Shown piece by piece: positions 1 through 10,306 of a DNA stretch of 49,590 nt (its first letter is position 1; every line of letters starts with the position of its first letter). The notes beneath the pieces were generated by a model. It ran no database searches and was not told where the DNA came from. It saw only the letters and a program-made list of their open reading frames with translations. The position numbers and the translations under genes were made by a program. The DNA is from an uncultured bacterium (lineage in GTDB: Bacteria > Eisenbacteria > RBG-16-71-46 > CAIMUX01 > WJJG01): positions 15,602-65,191 of the forward strand of contig CAYMBA010000001.1 of NCBI GenBank assembly GCA_964388535.1. The letters are read 5' to 3'.

Positions 1-6
1 CTCGCC

Positions 7-36
7 TTGACGAAGCGCAGCCCTTGCGACTAGAGT
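7..36 (+). promoter_or_regulatory. Putative sigma70 promoter for the DHH gene
   Basis: TTGACG (7-12), 18-nt spacer, TAGAGT (31-36), upstream of the ORF at 103. Confidence 0.35.
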
Positions 37-102
37 TCCTGCTTTCTTGTTGCAGGACGGGCAACTCAACCGGCTCCCATCGGTGCTGCGGGCTGGGGAG
101 CC

Positions 103-1110
103 TTGGGAGACAGCGTGGCAAGCTCACCCTTCGAGGGACTACTCGGCAGAATCAGAGGGGCACGGTCCATCATCCTCTCCACACACGACTGCCCCGACGG
201 CGACGGAATCGGGACTGAGCTCGCACTCTGGCACTGCCTTCGCCCCGGTGAAAGAGAAGTACTGGTCGTCAACCCAGGAGAAATACCAAGACGCTTCCGG
301 TTCCTGCCGGGTGCCGAGGCAGCACTTGAGTGGCAAAGCACCTCCGACGAGGACCGCGAGCGCGTACTGAACTCCGATCTCATCGTCGTGGTCGACACAC
401 ACGAGTGGTCCATGCTCGGCCCGATGGAAGATCCGCTGAGGAAAACCGGGCAGGTCGTCTTCCTTGATCACCACCCCATGGGCGACGCCGATCCTAGAAA
501 CGTCTTCTGTGACCCTGGGTCGCCTTCTGTGGGAGAAGTGGCTTGGGTGGTGATCGAGAGTCTAGGTCTGGAGCTCTGTCCGGAGGCAGCCACGTGTCTC
601 TACACCGCTGTCGCCTACGATACGAACTCCTTCAAATACCTGCGGGGTCGTCACGAAACGCACTTGATCGCAGCCGAGCTGATCCGGCGAGGCGCAGACA
701 CCGAGGCAATCTACAGGAACGTATTTGCCTCAAACCCGCCGAGCAAGATAGAGCTGCTGGGTGAGGTGCTGCGCTCAATAGCCTTCGAGGCTGAGGGCCG
801 CATCGCATGGGTCCGGATCGAGCAGGATCTCCTCGAGCGTGTCGGCGCGTCCCGTGACGATCTGCGCGATGTCATTACGTACCTGCTCGAGATCGGGGGC
901 GTGGAGATCGCGATCACCTTCAAGCAACGCACCGACGGTACGTATAAAGTTAGCTTCCGCTCGAAGGGGCGCTATCCGGTCGGCCCCCTGGCAGCCAGCC
1001 TAGGGGGTGGCGGGCACCAGTTCGCCTCGGGGGCTTACGTTCCCGGCGACTTCGACGAGGTGAAGGCCCACGTGCTCGCACTGGCCTCCGCCACCCTCCG
1101 CGACTCCTAG
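103..1110 (+). CDS. nrnA: DHH/DHHA1 family phosphoesterase (NrnA-like oligoribonuclease/pAp phosphatase)
   Basis: Motifs H-x-x-PDGDG, VVVD, LDHH, YDTNSF, SFRS, GGGGH. TTG start. Stop overlaps the convergent tricorn stop (CTAG). Confidence 0.9.
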   Translation: MGDSVASSPFEGLLGRIRGARSIILSTHDCPDGDGIGTELALWHCLRPGEREVLVVNPGEIPRRFRFLPGAEAALEWQSTSDEDRERVLNSDLIVVVDTHEWSMLGPMEDPLRKTGQVVFLDHHPMGDADPRNVFCDPGSPSVGEVAWVVIESLGLELCPEAATCLYTAVAYDTNSFKYLRGRHETHLIAAELIRRGADTEAIYRNVFASNPPSKIELLGEVLRSIAFEAEGRIAWVRIEQDLLERVGASRDDLRDVITYLLEIGGVEIAITFKQRTDGTYKVSFRSKGRYPVGPLAASLGGGGHQFASGAYVPGDFDEVKAHVLALASATLRDS

Positions 1111-4100
1111 CGAATCTCGTCCCTGAATGCCTCCCGCGACTTCACTGGCGCCGGTGCGAAGTGGGGCTCCAGCGGTGGGTGTTCCTCGAGCAGCCTAAGC
1201 ACTTCCTCGATACCGCGGTCCAGCTGTGCGTCGAGCCCGCGGGCCACATCCTGAGGGAGATTCTCCACCTCAATGTCAGGCTCGACTCCCCTGTTCTCTA
1301 CCGCCCAGCCCCACCTGGGATGCCACCACGCAAACTCGGGCTGGGTAACAAGACCGCCATCGACAAGCCTGCGCGAGGCGCTTATCCCTATGACCCCACC
1401 CCAAGAACGCTTGCCAATGACAGGAGCAATCCCCGCCTCCTTGATGGCGGCACAGAATATGTCCCCGTCGGATGCGGCATACTCGTTTGTCAGAACCACG
1501 AATGGACCACGCAGTGCCCTTACAGGATATGGTGTTATGTCCCCCCAGCGTCCCCGGTCCCACCACAGCACCTTGCGCATCAGCCGGCTGACTACAAGCT
1601 GTGAGACGAACCCGCCTCCATTCCACCGCGCATCGACGATCATCCCATCGAGATCCAACTGCGGATAGAACCATCGCTCGAACATGGAAAGTCCCCACCC
1701 TCCCATGTCCGGGATGTGCACGTAACCAATCCGCCCACCGCTCCGCTCGAGAACATACTCCCTGTTCCGACGCACCCAGTCGGCGTAGCGCAGCATGAAC
1801 TCCCGCCAGAAACCGATCGGTTCGACTACGACCTCGCGAGCCCCCTCCAGTCGCGGCTTGTCGTTTATCCCAAGCAACACTGCGTGCCCGGCCAAGCCAT
1901 CCATGTACGCCTCGAGTGGCAGAGCGTCCTCGAAGCTACGATGATTGAGCGAAACGATATACTCTCCCTCCCGTGCATCTACACCCGGCTCCAGCAGAGG
2001 CGAGCGGATCCGGTCTACTGGATCCGCTCGCAGGATCCTGACGATCCGAAACGCATTGCCCTCCCGCTCGAGATCGGCTCCCAGGAGACCAGCCCCCCGG
2101 TGCTCGACCGACCTTCCCGGATCGCCGCCCCATACGTATGTGTGAGAAGTCGCAAGCTCGCTTATCATCTCGGCCAGCAGGTCGCTCAGGTCCTCTCGCG
2201 TGCCCAGTCTTGGCAGGAGTGTCGCATAGCGGTCCCTGACTGCTTCCCAATCCAGACCGCACATAGTGGAGTCCCAGTAGAAATCACGCATCTGCCGCCA
2301 AGCCTCGAAGAAGATCTGCCGCCACTCCTGTTTTGGATCCACCTCCAGAACCAGCGACGATAGCGAAACCTCCTCGCCTCCGTCCTTGCCCCCGCCCCCG
2401 GGGCCGGCATCCATGACCACGATGCGTCCCCGCGCTTTGAGCACCGCTATCTTCCCCGGCTCCGATTCGAAGTCATACGCTCTCACTCCCTCGCAGACAG
2501 TCTTAAGCTCCTTTTTCTTCATATCAAAGGCGACCAGTGTCGCCTTCGGCGCCCGCTCTTCGTCCATCTCTTCCTCGTCCCGGAGAAGCCCTCGCCGCTG
2601 ATACGAAAGGAAATAGATCCTCTCAGATGCAGCTGCGAGGTTCGCATAGTCGCCGGCATCTACAGGCACCTCGACGAAACGCTCTTCAATGCCATCAAAG
2701 TCGATTTTCACTTCCTTCGGCTTCTCTTGCTTGCCGTGCTTATGCTCGCCCTCATGCTCTTGACCGTCTTCATCCTCCTCCTCCCCGTCCTCCTCGGAGT
2801 CCTCAGCATCCTCGAGCTCAGGAATCCCTGCCGTCTTCGCAAACGGATTTCTCACGTCCTTGCGAAGCAATATCAGATAGGGCTTCACCGAGTTCATGAT
2901 GATGCTCTCGAAGTCCAAGTCCCCTAGGTGGGGATTTATGACACGGTTGCTGAAGAAGTAGAGATAGCGGCCTTTCGGATCCCACTGAGGCCCATAGTCG
3001 TTGGTGGTCCAGGTCGTAAGCTGGTGGGTTTCCTTCTTGCGGACGTCGTATACGAAGATCGAAGTGAACCCCACCCTGTTGGCTTTCGAGTATGCCAACC
3101 ACCTGCCGTCGGGACTCCACGCATAGTCCTCTATCCTCTCCTGATCGGAGTGGTCGACAAGATGAGGTTTACCACCGCCGGCCTTGACGATCCACAGATC
3201 GTGTGCCTGGTCTCCGTATGCAATCCACTCGCCGTCGGGGCTCCAGGAGGGGTGCAAGTGCCACCGGCTCCGATCCTCCTTGCTCACAAGAAGCTCTTCG
3301 CCTCGGCCCCACGCATCCTTGCTGACCAGGCGCTCCTCTCCAGAGGCGTCGGTGACATAGGCAATGCGCTCACCTTCGGGATCGAAGCAGATCCTGCTCT
3401 CTCGGGAGGAGCTGCGCTGTACAACAGGCAGTATCACACCTTCTTCGACCGGGACAGAAAAGATCTCTCCGCGCACGACCACCGCAAGCCGCTCGCCGTC
3501 GGGGGCAAGATCGAAGCCCGTCATGAAGCGGCTGGGGTTTGGGTACCTCGAGCGAGTAAGTATCCGCTCGCTGGGAACCTCGATCTCTACGACTTGCACA
3601 GAGCTCGTTCGTGGGTCGAAGATGTGTACCGAGGCACCAAGTGTGAAGACAATCCTGCCGTCAGGAGACATCCCGGGATGCCGAACGTCCCAGAGATCGA
3701 AGTCCGTATGGCGCTTCTTCTGCGAACCGTCCGGGAGCATCGACCAGATGTTGGCTGTTCCTCCCCTGTCGCACACGTAGTAGATCCTTCCGCCGTGCCA
3801 CATGGGGTACGCATCCAGCCCATCGAAGTGCGTCACAGGATGGAAGTCTGCCTTCTGCGGGTCCCCAACCCAAACCTCCGGGGCTGTCCCGCCCCGGTAA
3901 CGCTTCCATGTGCCGCCACCGCGCAGCCTGTTGAAGGCCCACAGACCCGTTTCGGGGTCGACCGCAAGCCAGACAGCAGTCCCGATTGGCGCCCGTTCGG
4001 GTTCTCCGCCCTGAGGATCGACGAAGTAGATGCCACCCGGAAAGTGTGCGTCGTTCCGGGGACTCTGGAATATGATCTTCCCATCTGGGGTCCAGCCTAT

Positions 4101-4436
4101 GACCTGGTCCGGCGCAGGATGCCACGTCAAACGGCGTGGTTCCCCCCCGCCGGCAGGAATGACGTAGACATCGCTGTTGCCATCGTAGAGGCCCGTGAAG
4201 GCAATCAGTGACCCATCGGGGGAGAACCGCGCGAATGCCTCATCCCCGGGGTGCGTAGTAAGACGGCGGGCCTGCCCGCCTGAGGCATCAACGAGCCAGA
4301 GGTCACCCTCGGCTGTAAAGACAATCCTGTCGCCCCAAAGATCTGGGTTGCGGACATAGGCCTCTTGGGTGGCCCTGGAATCCGGGGCCACACACAAGAG
4401 CCAAGCAAGTAGCCAGAGCAGGATTGTTCTTTGCAT
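1107..4436 (-). CDS. Tricorn-like protease (S41 family) with PD40/beta-propeller and PDZ domains, secreted
   Basis: Signal peptide, repeated F/WSPDG motifs, TSHTY, GYVHIPDM, DARWNGGG, catalytic ASDGD, GKRSWGG, ENRGVEPDIEV. Confidence 0.93.
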   Translation of the reverse strand: MQRTILLWLLAWLLCVAPDSRATQEAYVRNPDLWGDRIVFTAEGDLWLVDASGGQARRLTTHPGDEAFARFSPDGSLIAFTGLYDGNSDVYVIPAGGGEPRRLTWHPAPDQVIGWTPDGKIIFQSPRNDAHFPGGIYFVDPQGGEPERAPIGTAVWLAVDPETGLWAFNRLRGGGTWKRYRGGTAPEVWVGDPQKADFHPVTHFDGLDAYPMWHGGRIYYVCDRGGTANIWSMLPDGSQKKRHTDFDLWDVRHPGMSPDGRIVFTLGASVHIFDPRTSSVQVVEIEVPSERILTRSRYPNPSRFMTGFDLAPDGERLAVVVRGEIFSVPVEEGVILPVVQRSSSRESRICFDPEGERIAYVTDASGEERLVSKDAWGRGEELLVSKEDRSRWHLHPSWSPDGEWIAYGDQAHDLWIVKAGGGKPHLVDHSDQERIEDYAWSPDGRWLAYSKANRVGFTSIFVYDVRKKETHQLTTWTTNDYGPQWDPKGRYLYFFSNRVINPHLGDLDFESIIMNSVKPYLILLRKDVRNPFAKTAGIPELEDAEDSEEDGEEEDEDGQEHEGEHKHGKQEKPKEVKIDFDGIEERFVEVPVDAGDYANLAAASERIYFLSYQRRGLLRDEEEMDEERAPKATLVAFDMKKKELKTVCEGVRAYDFESEPGKIAVLKARGRIVVMDAGPGGGGKDGGEEVSLSSLVLEVDPKQEWRQIFFEAWRQMRDFYWDSTMCGLDWEAVRDRYATLLPRLGTREDLSDLLAEMISELATSHTYVWGGDPGRSVEHRGAGLLGADLEREGNAFRIVRILRADPVDRIRSPLLEPGVDAREGEYIVSLNHRSFEDALPLEAYMDGLAGHAVLLGINDKPRLEGAREVVVEPIGFWREFMLRYADWVRRNREYVLERSGGRIGYVHIPDMGGWGLSMFERWFYPQLDLDGMIVDARWNGGGFVSQLVVSRLMRKVLWWDRGRWGDITPYPVRALRGPFVVLTNEYAASDGDIFCAAIKEAGIAPVIGKRSWGGVIGISASRRLVDGGLVTQPEFAWWHPRWGWAVENRGVEPDIEVENLPQDVARGLDAQLDRGIEEVLRLLEEHPPLEPHFAPAPVKSREAFRDEIR

Positions 4437-4479
4437 CTAGACCTCCAAGAGCCGTCAGCGGGGGAACCCAGGCTCGGGA

Positions 4480-6081
4480 TCAACGATGGTCTTTCCGATC
4501 ATGCCCCCGCGAGGATGGTCTGCCCCGCCAGTATTTCCGCAGCGCTTCGGCAAGGACCTCGCTTGGAACAGGCAGTGATCGGAGGGCAGCTGGACGGACC
4601 AGCCACCAGAGGTAGTTCGCAGCTGTCGAGATGGCCCTCTGGGGCAGCCGGGACATCGCCGGAGGCATTGGCAGGTTCCCTCCCTCCCGGGCCTCTTCCA
4701 GCACGCCACGCAACGAAAGCCGATCGAGCGTAGCTTCGAACTCCTCGCGGGCGCGCTGCTTGGCCTCCGAGAGGACCATCTGGATCCTGCTTTTCACATG
4801 CACCTCGCTGTCACCAGAGGTCTCAACCGACACGAAAAGTATCTGCGGGTGATCGGCGACGACCTTTACCTGTACGCCATCGCTCTGAGTGCTGGGCATG
4901 CAACCGAATGGCTTAACCGAGACGACCATGTGAGCCTTGCGCTTTCGCGCGGCGAGGATCGTCTTTGCCACCTCCAGATGGCCTTCCCCACCCGCTATTC
5001 TTGTGTTGTAGTAGTCCTGCGCGTATTTCGCCAGCAGCTCCATGGATGCCAGCGGTTCCGTGCGGAATCCGAGAGCAGCTCGGTAGGTGTTGTACACCGA
5101 GTCGAATAGTATCTGCCCTGCCAGCAGCTTGAGCTCGGCAAGGGGTGAGTAGCGTGGCCCGTCTTTGCCTCGTGCGATCTTGCGGTCCCGGTTTTTCTGC
5201 AGCCGCGACCACAGAAGGTACTCTATCCAGGTGCCGACGGGCTCGACAATGACCTCAGCACCCTCGCTCTCCAGCCATCTAGCGATCTGGTAGTTCCCAT
5301 CACCCTCGGTCGTTTGCGCCCAGAACTCACCTGTGATCTTCACCTTCGGTTTGACGCGGAGGTAGTCTATCCGAACCCGATCCAGAGCACGTCGAACACG
5401 CCGCAGGGTAGGTACCGGGCTTTCCCTGTCTCTCAAGGCCCAGTAGAGCCATCTCTTCGCTTGCTCCAGAACGTCGTCCACAGAACCTGGTTCGACCTCG
5501 TACGGTCTGAGGGCGTAGCCTGTTTCATTGAGCAGGTCGCCCAGGATGAGCGCCCGGATGAGCGCATTGATGAACTCCCGGTCCACCCACTCCATGCCTT
5601 CGGGAGGTTCACCGGAGATGCCTGCATCCTGTTGCAGGACGAGCACTCTGAATCGCGGGAACCCCGCCTGGGCCAGGGCCCGCCTGTATTCGGCCTCGTA
5701 CATCCCGAAGCGGCACGGCCCGCAAGAACCAACGGTCAGGTAAGCAAAGCGGTCCTCGATATCGGGGACACCAGCTTTCTTCAGCTTGAACAAGTACTTC
5801 AGCAGATTCCCTATCGTGTAGTAAGCGGGATTGCACATGCCCCGGTTGCAATACTCCTTCCCCAGGGCGAGCGCGTCGTTGTCAGGTACTGGAAGTGCCT
5901 TGACGTGGAAACCGAGTCCCTCCCACGCCCCCTCGATGAGGCGCTCGTGCGCGCGCGTCAGGCCCCCAAAGAGGATCGTTACGCGCCTGGCGTCTTGCAC
6001 ATCCAGACCGCGCTCGGGTGCAAGCCGATACTGGGTGCCCCCTTCGCTCCCGGAAGCCCGGTTGTCTTTAGCCGAAGCCAT
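4480..6081 (-). CDS. 2-hydroxyacyl-CoA dehydratase/activase-associated protein (C-terminal partner, DUF2229-like)
   Basis: CNRGMCNP, GSCGPCRFGMY, GGEGHLE and KPFGCMP motifs, typical of the C-terminal part of CoA-substrate-specific enzyme activases. Start at 6081 or 6093. Confidence 0.75.
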   Translation of the reverse strand: MASAKDNRASGSEGGTQYRLAPERGLDVQDARRVTILFGGLTRAHERLIEGAWEGLGFHVKALPVPDNDALALGKEYCNRGMCNPAYYTIGNLLKYLFKLKKAGVPDIEDRFAYLTVGSCGPCRFGMYEAEYRRALAQAGFPRFRVLVLQQDAGISGEPPEGMEWVDREFINALIRALILGDLLNETGYALRPYEVEPGSVDDVLEQAKRWLYWALRDRESPVPTLRRVRRALDRVRIDYLRVKPKVKITGEFWAQTTEGDGNYQIARWLESEGAEVIVEPVGTWIEYLLWSRLQKNRDRKIARGKDGPRYSPLAELKLLAGQILFDSVYNTYRAALGFRTEPLASMELLAKYAQDYYNTRIAGGEGHLEVAKTILAARKRKAHMVVSVKPFGCMPSTQSDGVQVKVVADHPQILFVSVETSGDSEVHVKSRIQMVLSEAKQRAREEFEATLDRLSLRGVLEEAREGGNLPMPPAMSRLPQRAISTAANYLWWLVRPAALRSLPVPSEVLAEALRKYWRGRPSSRGHDRKDHR

Positions 6082-6237
6082 CAGGTGCCCCAAGTTCTAC
6101 GCCCTGGCCCATGCCCCGCATCCCGGTACCATGGAGCAGCGTTCTCTGTTCCGCCCGACGCGGGTCCCTTGGCGCTTGAGCCCCGAATCGGGCAAGGCCC
6201 TCACCCCGTACCGCCTTGGTGCAAGCAGTGCGGTGAC

Positions 6238-9200
6238 CTAGACAGCCGCGCCAGCCATGGCAGGCTCTGTCACCTCCTCCAGATTGCGCACTTCCGAATC
6301 CACGCGCCCGAGCACCTCGCGTTCGTACTGCTTCAGGAAATAGTGGATCGTTTCTACGCGAAGTTTGATCGCTCCCGTGGGCCGGTTCTCGTCGATCTCA
6401 TGGAAAGTGAAATATGGTGTGTGAGAGGCCTCCATGATAGCCTCTATCGTAGAATAGATTGGTGCATCGTGACCGCAGCGGAAACTGCTCAGATCCAGCG
6501 CCACCAGGTTGCGATGCCTAGCTACCACCTTGGCTGCCCAAACCTTCAGGTTCGAGTTCGCGCTGAAGGAGTTCTTCCAAACGTCGGATATGTCCATGGG
6601 TCCCGAAATCAGACCCTCTTCAACCTCGGAGCCGAAAAGCTCGTTGAGGAAGCCTGGCTCCCGTGGGAGCGCCATAGCCGGTATGACCGGATAGCCCAGC
6701 TGCACCAACCTCTCTACAATGCCATGGTTGAGACCCGGGTCGTCATGGTAAGGGCGAGCTAGCAGCACGATGCCGACGCGCCGATGCTTCTCCAGTTTGC
6801 GTATCTCCGCAAGCGCGCGGGCCTGAAGGCGCGCAAGCCGCGCTTCCATGACCCGGAAGCCAACCTCGATAGCCTCTCGGTTCTCTGCAGCGCTCACGCC
6901 GAGCAGAGGACCCCAGAAGGAAAGCATCTCCCCTTCCAGCAAACCCTTTTGATTCATGTGAAAGTGCGGGTCGAAATACCGCTTACCCATCCGTGAAAAC
7001 GTGTCGGTCTCGCGTGTGAAAGCAGCCTTGACGACTTCCGGTGCAGCCTGGGATGTCGGACAGACGGCCTGATCCACGGCCGGCTCCACTTCACCAGGCA
7101 GGTCTATGAGGACCGGGAAGAAGATCCAGTCGCACTTCTTCTTAAAGAGCAGGTCATGGACGTGTGCTAGGGCCAGTTTCGACGGGTAGCACGTATCGAT
7201 AGACCCGCGGCGCATGCCCTCCCGAAACAGCTCCTCAGTCGTGCGGCCCGAGAAGACGATCCCTTCCCGGGGAACGCCAAGGGCTCTCAGGTAGCCCACA
7301 AAGAAGGGAGCCACCTGGTAGAGATTGAGCGCCCTCGGTATGCCGATACGAATCCGATTGCGGAGCGAGACACCTTTGCGCCGCCCCAAGAAGTGAGCAA
7401 GTCCTCTCCAAGGCTTCCGGGGCTCCCGCACAGGCAGCAGGTGTTCGTCGACTCTGGCGTCGAATGCGGTTCGCGCTGCCAGCAAGGAAAGATCGGTCCC
7501 AGAAGGCTTCTTCAAGGCCCGACTCTTCTCCATCCCAGGAAGAACTCGGCCCCGCTCGCAAGAGGCAACCACGAAGTGCCGAGGCTCGCCGCCTGGCAGC
7601 CGAGCCGTGAGGATGGTCCTGGGGCACCTGTTCGGACACAACTTGCACCGGGTCGACTCGTCTTGCCTCGAAGAAACGGTCATTCCCTCGAGCGCCTCGA
7701 AACCAACAAAGCGGCTCCCACGTTCGTGCAGACGCTTCTCCATCATTTCGAGGACGACACCGATGGCCCCCGACTCACCGGCGTGCGGATGGACCCTTAT
7801 CCTCGCGCCCTCGACCCTCTCGGTGATGAAATCCACCTGTGCCTTGACCGCAGCCTCGTTCCGCTGGGTCCCGCCCTGGAGCATGAAAGAACGTCCCAAG
7901 CGCTCCAGATTCGGTTCCCCCACCACATAGAGCCACACGTTCTGCGGAAGCACCCTGGCCAGGCCGGCCAGGATCTCCTCGGGCCTCCAACCCATCTGCT
8001 GGAAATTGACGATGTCAGCCTCGAGGAAGACCGCACAGCCGAAGTTGAAGCGCGGAACGCGTTGGGCGGAGAAGGCCGCATCAGCGAAGCGCTCCAGGGG
8101 AATCCCGAAGCGCTGGGCGGTGCTCTGGAGGAAATAGCCGTTACCGGCGGAGCATTGGGTGTTCAGGCGGAAGTCTCTCACGCGGCCGTCCCTGAGCACC
8201 ATCACCTTTATGTCCTGACCGCCTACATCCACGATCACATCCACATCGGGGTCGACCTCCAGGGCACTGCGCGCGTGGGCAACCGTCTCGACAAGCACCA
8301 TGTCAGCCCCGATGAATTCTCCCAAGATGTCTTTGGCATAGCCCGTAACCCCCAGGGCAGCGATCTCCAGACGCTTACCTGCCTCAGCTGCCTCATCCCT
8401 CATTCGCTGCAGCACATGGCGGGCGTCGTCCACAGGGTCACCGCCTGAGAGGCGGTAGGCCTTTGCGAGGAGCCGCCGCTGCTCGTCCATCGCAACGGCC
8501 TTTGTCGAAGTAGAACCGGCATCGAGCCCCACGAGCACCCTCGCAACAGGGCCACGGCAAAGGCGGAATCCCAAGGCCGGCTCCTGTCGTGCCAGATTGG
8601 CGACCCACTCGCGGTCGGCCCTATTCTTTATGAGCGGCGGCAGCGTCGTCTGCGAGACATCGGTGCAAAGACCCGCAGCGAGCCTCTTCCTGACCTCGGC
8701 GAGGCTCGGGCCCATGACTCCATCCGCCTCCGCCTGGACCTCGAGCACGGCACCTATAGCCGCGAAGAAGCAGCTCGAGTCTGGAACGACTACCGGCGGG
8801 TGCCCGTTGCCAGGTCTGAAGCCCCGCTCTTCCCATAGGGCAAGAAGGTTCCTGTGCCAGGCGTCCTGAAGCCCGGGCAGGAAGGCATTGGGCCCTCCCA
8901 GGAGCAGTACGGGCGGAATGAGCGTCGTTCCGCGTGCGAGAACACTCAGGTTCTGCTGCACAATGGCTTCGAAGAGCGAAGCCATCAGCTCGTCCCTCGG
9001 GACCCCCTGCTTCTGGAGGCTGTTTATGTCGGTTTCGGCGAATACCCCACATCGGGCGGCGACGCGGTGGATCCGTTTTCCTTCAAGTCGTATCCCGCGC
9101 AGTTGATCATCAGGAATGCCGAGCTTAGCGGCGATGCGGTCGATGACACTACCGGTGCCGCCCGCGCACTTGTCGTTCATGCTGAAGAACTTCCGCCGGC

Positions 9201-9576
9201 TTCCACCCTCCCGCATCCAGATGATCATCTTCGCATCCTGCCCGCCAAGATCGACCACGCTGCCGGCTTCTGGGTGGAGGCGCTCTGTGGCAATGGCCAC
9301 AGCGTTGACCTCCTGCAGGAACCGGGCCCCAGCGCACTCGGCAAGCGGCCGGCCGCCGCTGCCGGTGAAGGCAACAACAGAGTGATCGGTTGCTTCGGGA
9401 AACTCCTTGGCGACGCGGGCAAGGAGACGCAAGAGCGAGTCGGTCTGGCGCGTGCCGTGGCGCTCGTAGAACTCGGCTAGCCTCAAGGTGCTGTCACCTT
9501 TGGTCACGACGACCTTGACAGCCGTCGATCCGATATCACAGCCGATCCAGTACGTCTGCCGCCCTGCCCGACTCAC
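6238..9576 (-). CDS. CoA-substrate-specific enzyme activase (two BadF/BadG/BcrA/BcrD ATPase domains plus DUF2229-like region)
   Basis: GCDIGSTAVK...DLGGQDAK...CAGGTG...CGVFAE; second copy GLDAGSTSTK...DVGGQDIK...CSAGNG...CAVFLE; CKLCPNRC. GTG start at 9576 overlaps the upstream TGA. Confidence 0.88.
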   Translation of the reverse strand: MSRAGRQTYWIGCDIGSTAVKVVVTKGDSTLRLAEFYERHGTRQTDSLLRLLARVAKEFPEATDHSVVAFTGSGGRPLAECAGARFLQEVNAVAIATERLHPEAGSVVDLGGQDAKMIIWMREGGSRRKFFSMNDKCAGGTGSVIDRIAAKLGIPDDQLRGIRLEGKRIHRVAARCGVFAETDINSLQKQGVPRDELMASLFEAIVQQNLSVLARGTTLIPPVLLLGGPNAFLPGLQDAWHRNLLALWEERGFRPGNGHPPVVVPDSSCFFAAIGAVLEVQAEADGVMGPSLAEVRKRLAAGLCTDVSQTTLPPLIKNRADREWVANLARQEPALGFRLCRGPVARVLVGLDAGSTSTKAVAMDEQRRLLAKAYRLSGGDPVDDARHVLQRMRDEAAEAGKRLEIAALGVTGYAKDILGEFIGADMVLVETVAHARSALEVDPDVDVIVDVGGQDIKVMVLRDGRVRDFRLNTQCSAGNGYFLQSTAQRFGIPLERFADAAFSAQRVPRFNFGCAVFLEADIVNFQQMGWRPEEILAGLARVLPQNVWLYVVGEPNLERLGRSFMLQGGTQRNEAAVKAQVDFITERVEGARIRVHPHAGESGAIGVVLEMMEKRLHERGSRFVGFEALEGMTVSSRQDESTRCKLCPNRCPRTILTARLPGGEPRHFVVASCERGRVLPGMEKSRALKKPSGTDLSLLAARTAFDARVDEHLLPVREPRKPWRGLAHFLGRRKGVSLRNRIRIGIPRALNLYQVAPFFVGYLRALGVPREGIVFSGRTTEELFREGMRRGSIDTCYPSKLALAHVHDLLFKKKCDWIFFPVLIDLPGEVEPAVDQAVCPTSQAAPEVVKAAFTRETDTFSRMGKRYFDPHFHMNQKGLLEGEMLSFWGPLLGVSAAENREAIEVGFRVMEARLARLQARALAEIRKLEKHRRVGIVLLARPYHDDPGLNHGIVERLVQLGYPVIPAMALPREPGFLNELFGSEVEEGLISGPMDISDVWKNSFSANSNLKVWAAKVVARHRNLVALDLSSFRCGHDAPIYSTIEAIMEASHTPYFTFHEIDENRPTGAIKLRVETIHYFLKQYEREVLGRVDSEVRNLEEVTEPAMAGAAV

Positions 9577-10115
9577 TTGGACTTTCCTTGGGCGAGTGTG
9601 AACTCCCAGGCGCACACGTAGTCTTCCCCCCGCGGATCCGGTGGGGCACCGATGCACCTGGTCTCGATCCTGGGATCAATGGTACTAGCGAAGGTCGTAT
9701 ACTCGATGATCCCTACCTCCTTGCATGGGAAGTCTGGAAGGCCCTTTCGCTGCCTGGCATCTTGTACCCTGCACGTGCGCATCTTGAAGATTAGTTTTCC
9801 CGCCTCGGGTCTCTCAGCCGCCTGCACGTTGAGGTGACTGTAGAGCCGGTAGCGGAGCGCGCGTTCCAGCGCATCTAGGCCGCCTCCGGGCTCTATCCCC
9901 AGCGCCTTCATGATCCGCTTCGCCTCCAGCGGCGAGAAGCGGCTCCAGGCCTCTTTGTCGCACTCTATTGCGGCCTCCATCCCGAAGCGCTTCTCGACGG
10001 CCTGGAACCACAGTCCATCGTGCGCCAGCCACAGTTTGGCAGCGATCTGCAGGAACCCGCGCAAGGAGTCGGCGTCCATCGCCTCCCAGATGCTTTGCCT
10101 CTCCCGATCTGCCAT
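9573..10115 (-). CDS. DUF6125-like conserved protein
   Basis: WLAHDGLWF, CRVQDARQRKGLPDFPC, PPD...CAWEF. RBS GGGAGGT before MADRER. Confidence 0.7.
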   Translation of the reverse strand: MADRERQSIWEAMDADSLRGFLQIAAKLWLAHDGLWFQAVEKRFGMEAAIECDKEAWSRFSPLEAKRIMKALGIEPGGGLDALERALRYRLYSHLNVQAAERPEAGKLIFKMRTCRVQDARQRKGLPDFPCKEVGIIEYTTFASTIDPRIETRCIGAPPDPRGEDYVCAWEFTLAQGKSK

Positions 10116-10306
10116 CTGCAAATACCTCCCGAAGCGGTGAATTTGACACTAGAGCGGCGGTTCTTCAAGTGAGCCACGGCTGCACGAAGGATCGGGTGTG
10201 TGGAGAGCCTGAGGTGTGGGCCAGGAGGATGGAAAGCGAAAGCGAAAGCGAGAGAAGAACATGAGCTGCCCCCTCGACGAGGACCATTCCCGCAGCCAAG
10301 TGGGAA

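Noticed and set aside
10223-10264. (GAAAGC)x3 microrepeat and mini-ORF MESESESERRT after AGGAGG
   Set aside because: The RBS abuts the ATG with no spacer; the repeat is too short for CRISPR or phase variation; it lies antisense within a minus-strand gene run
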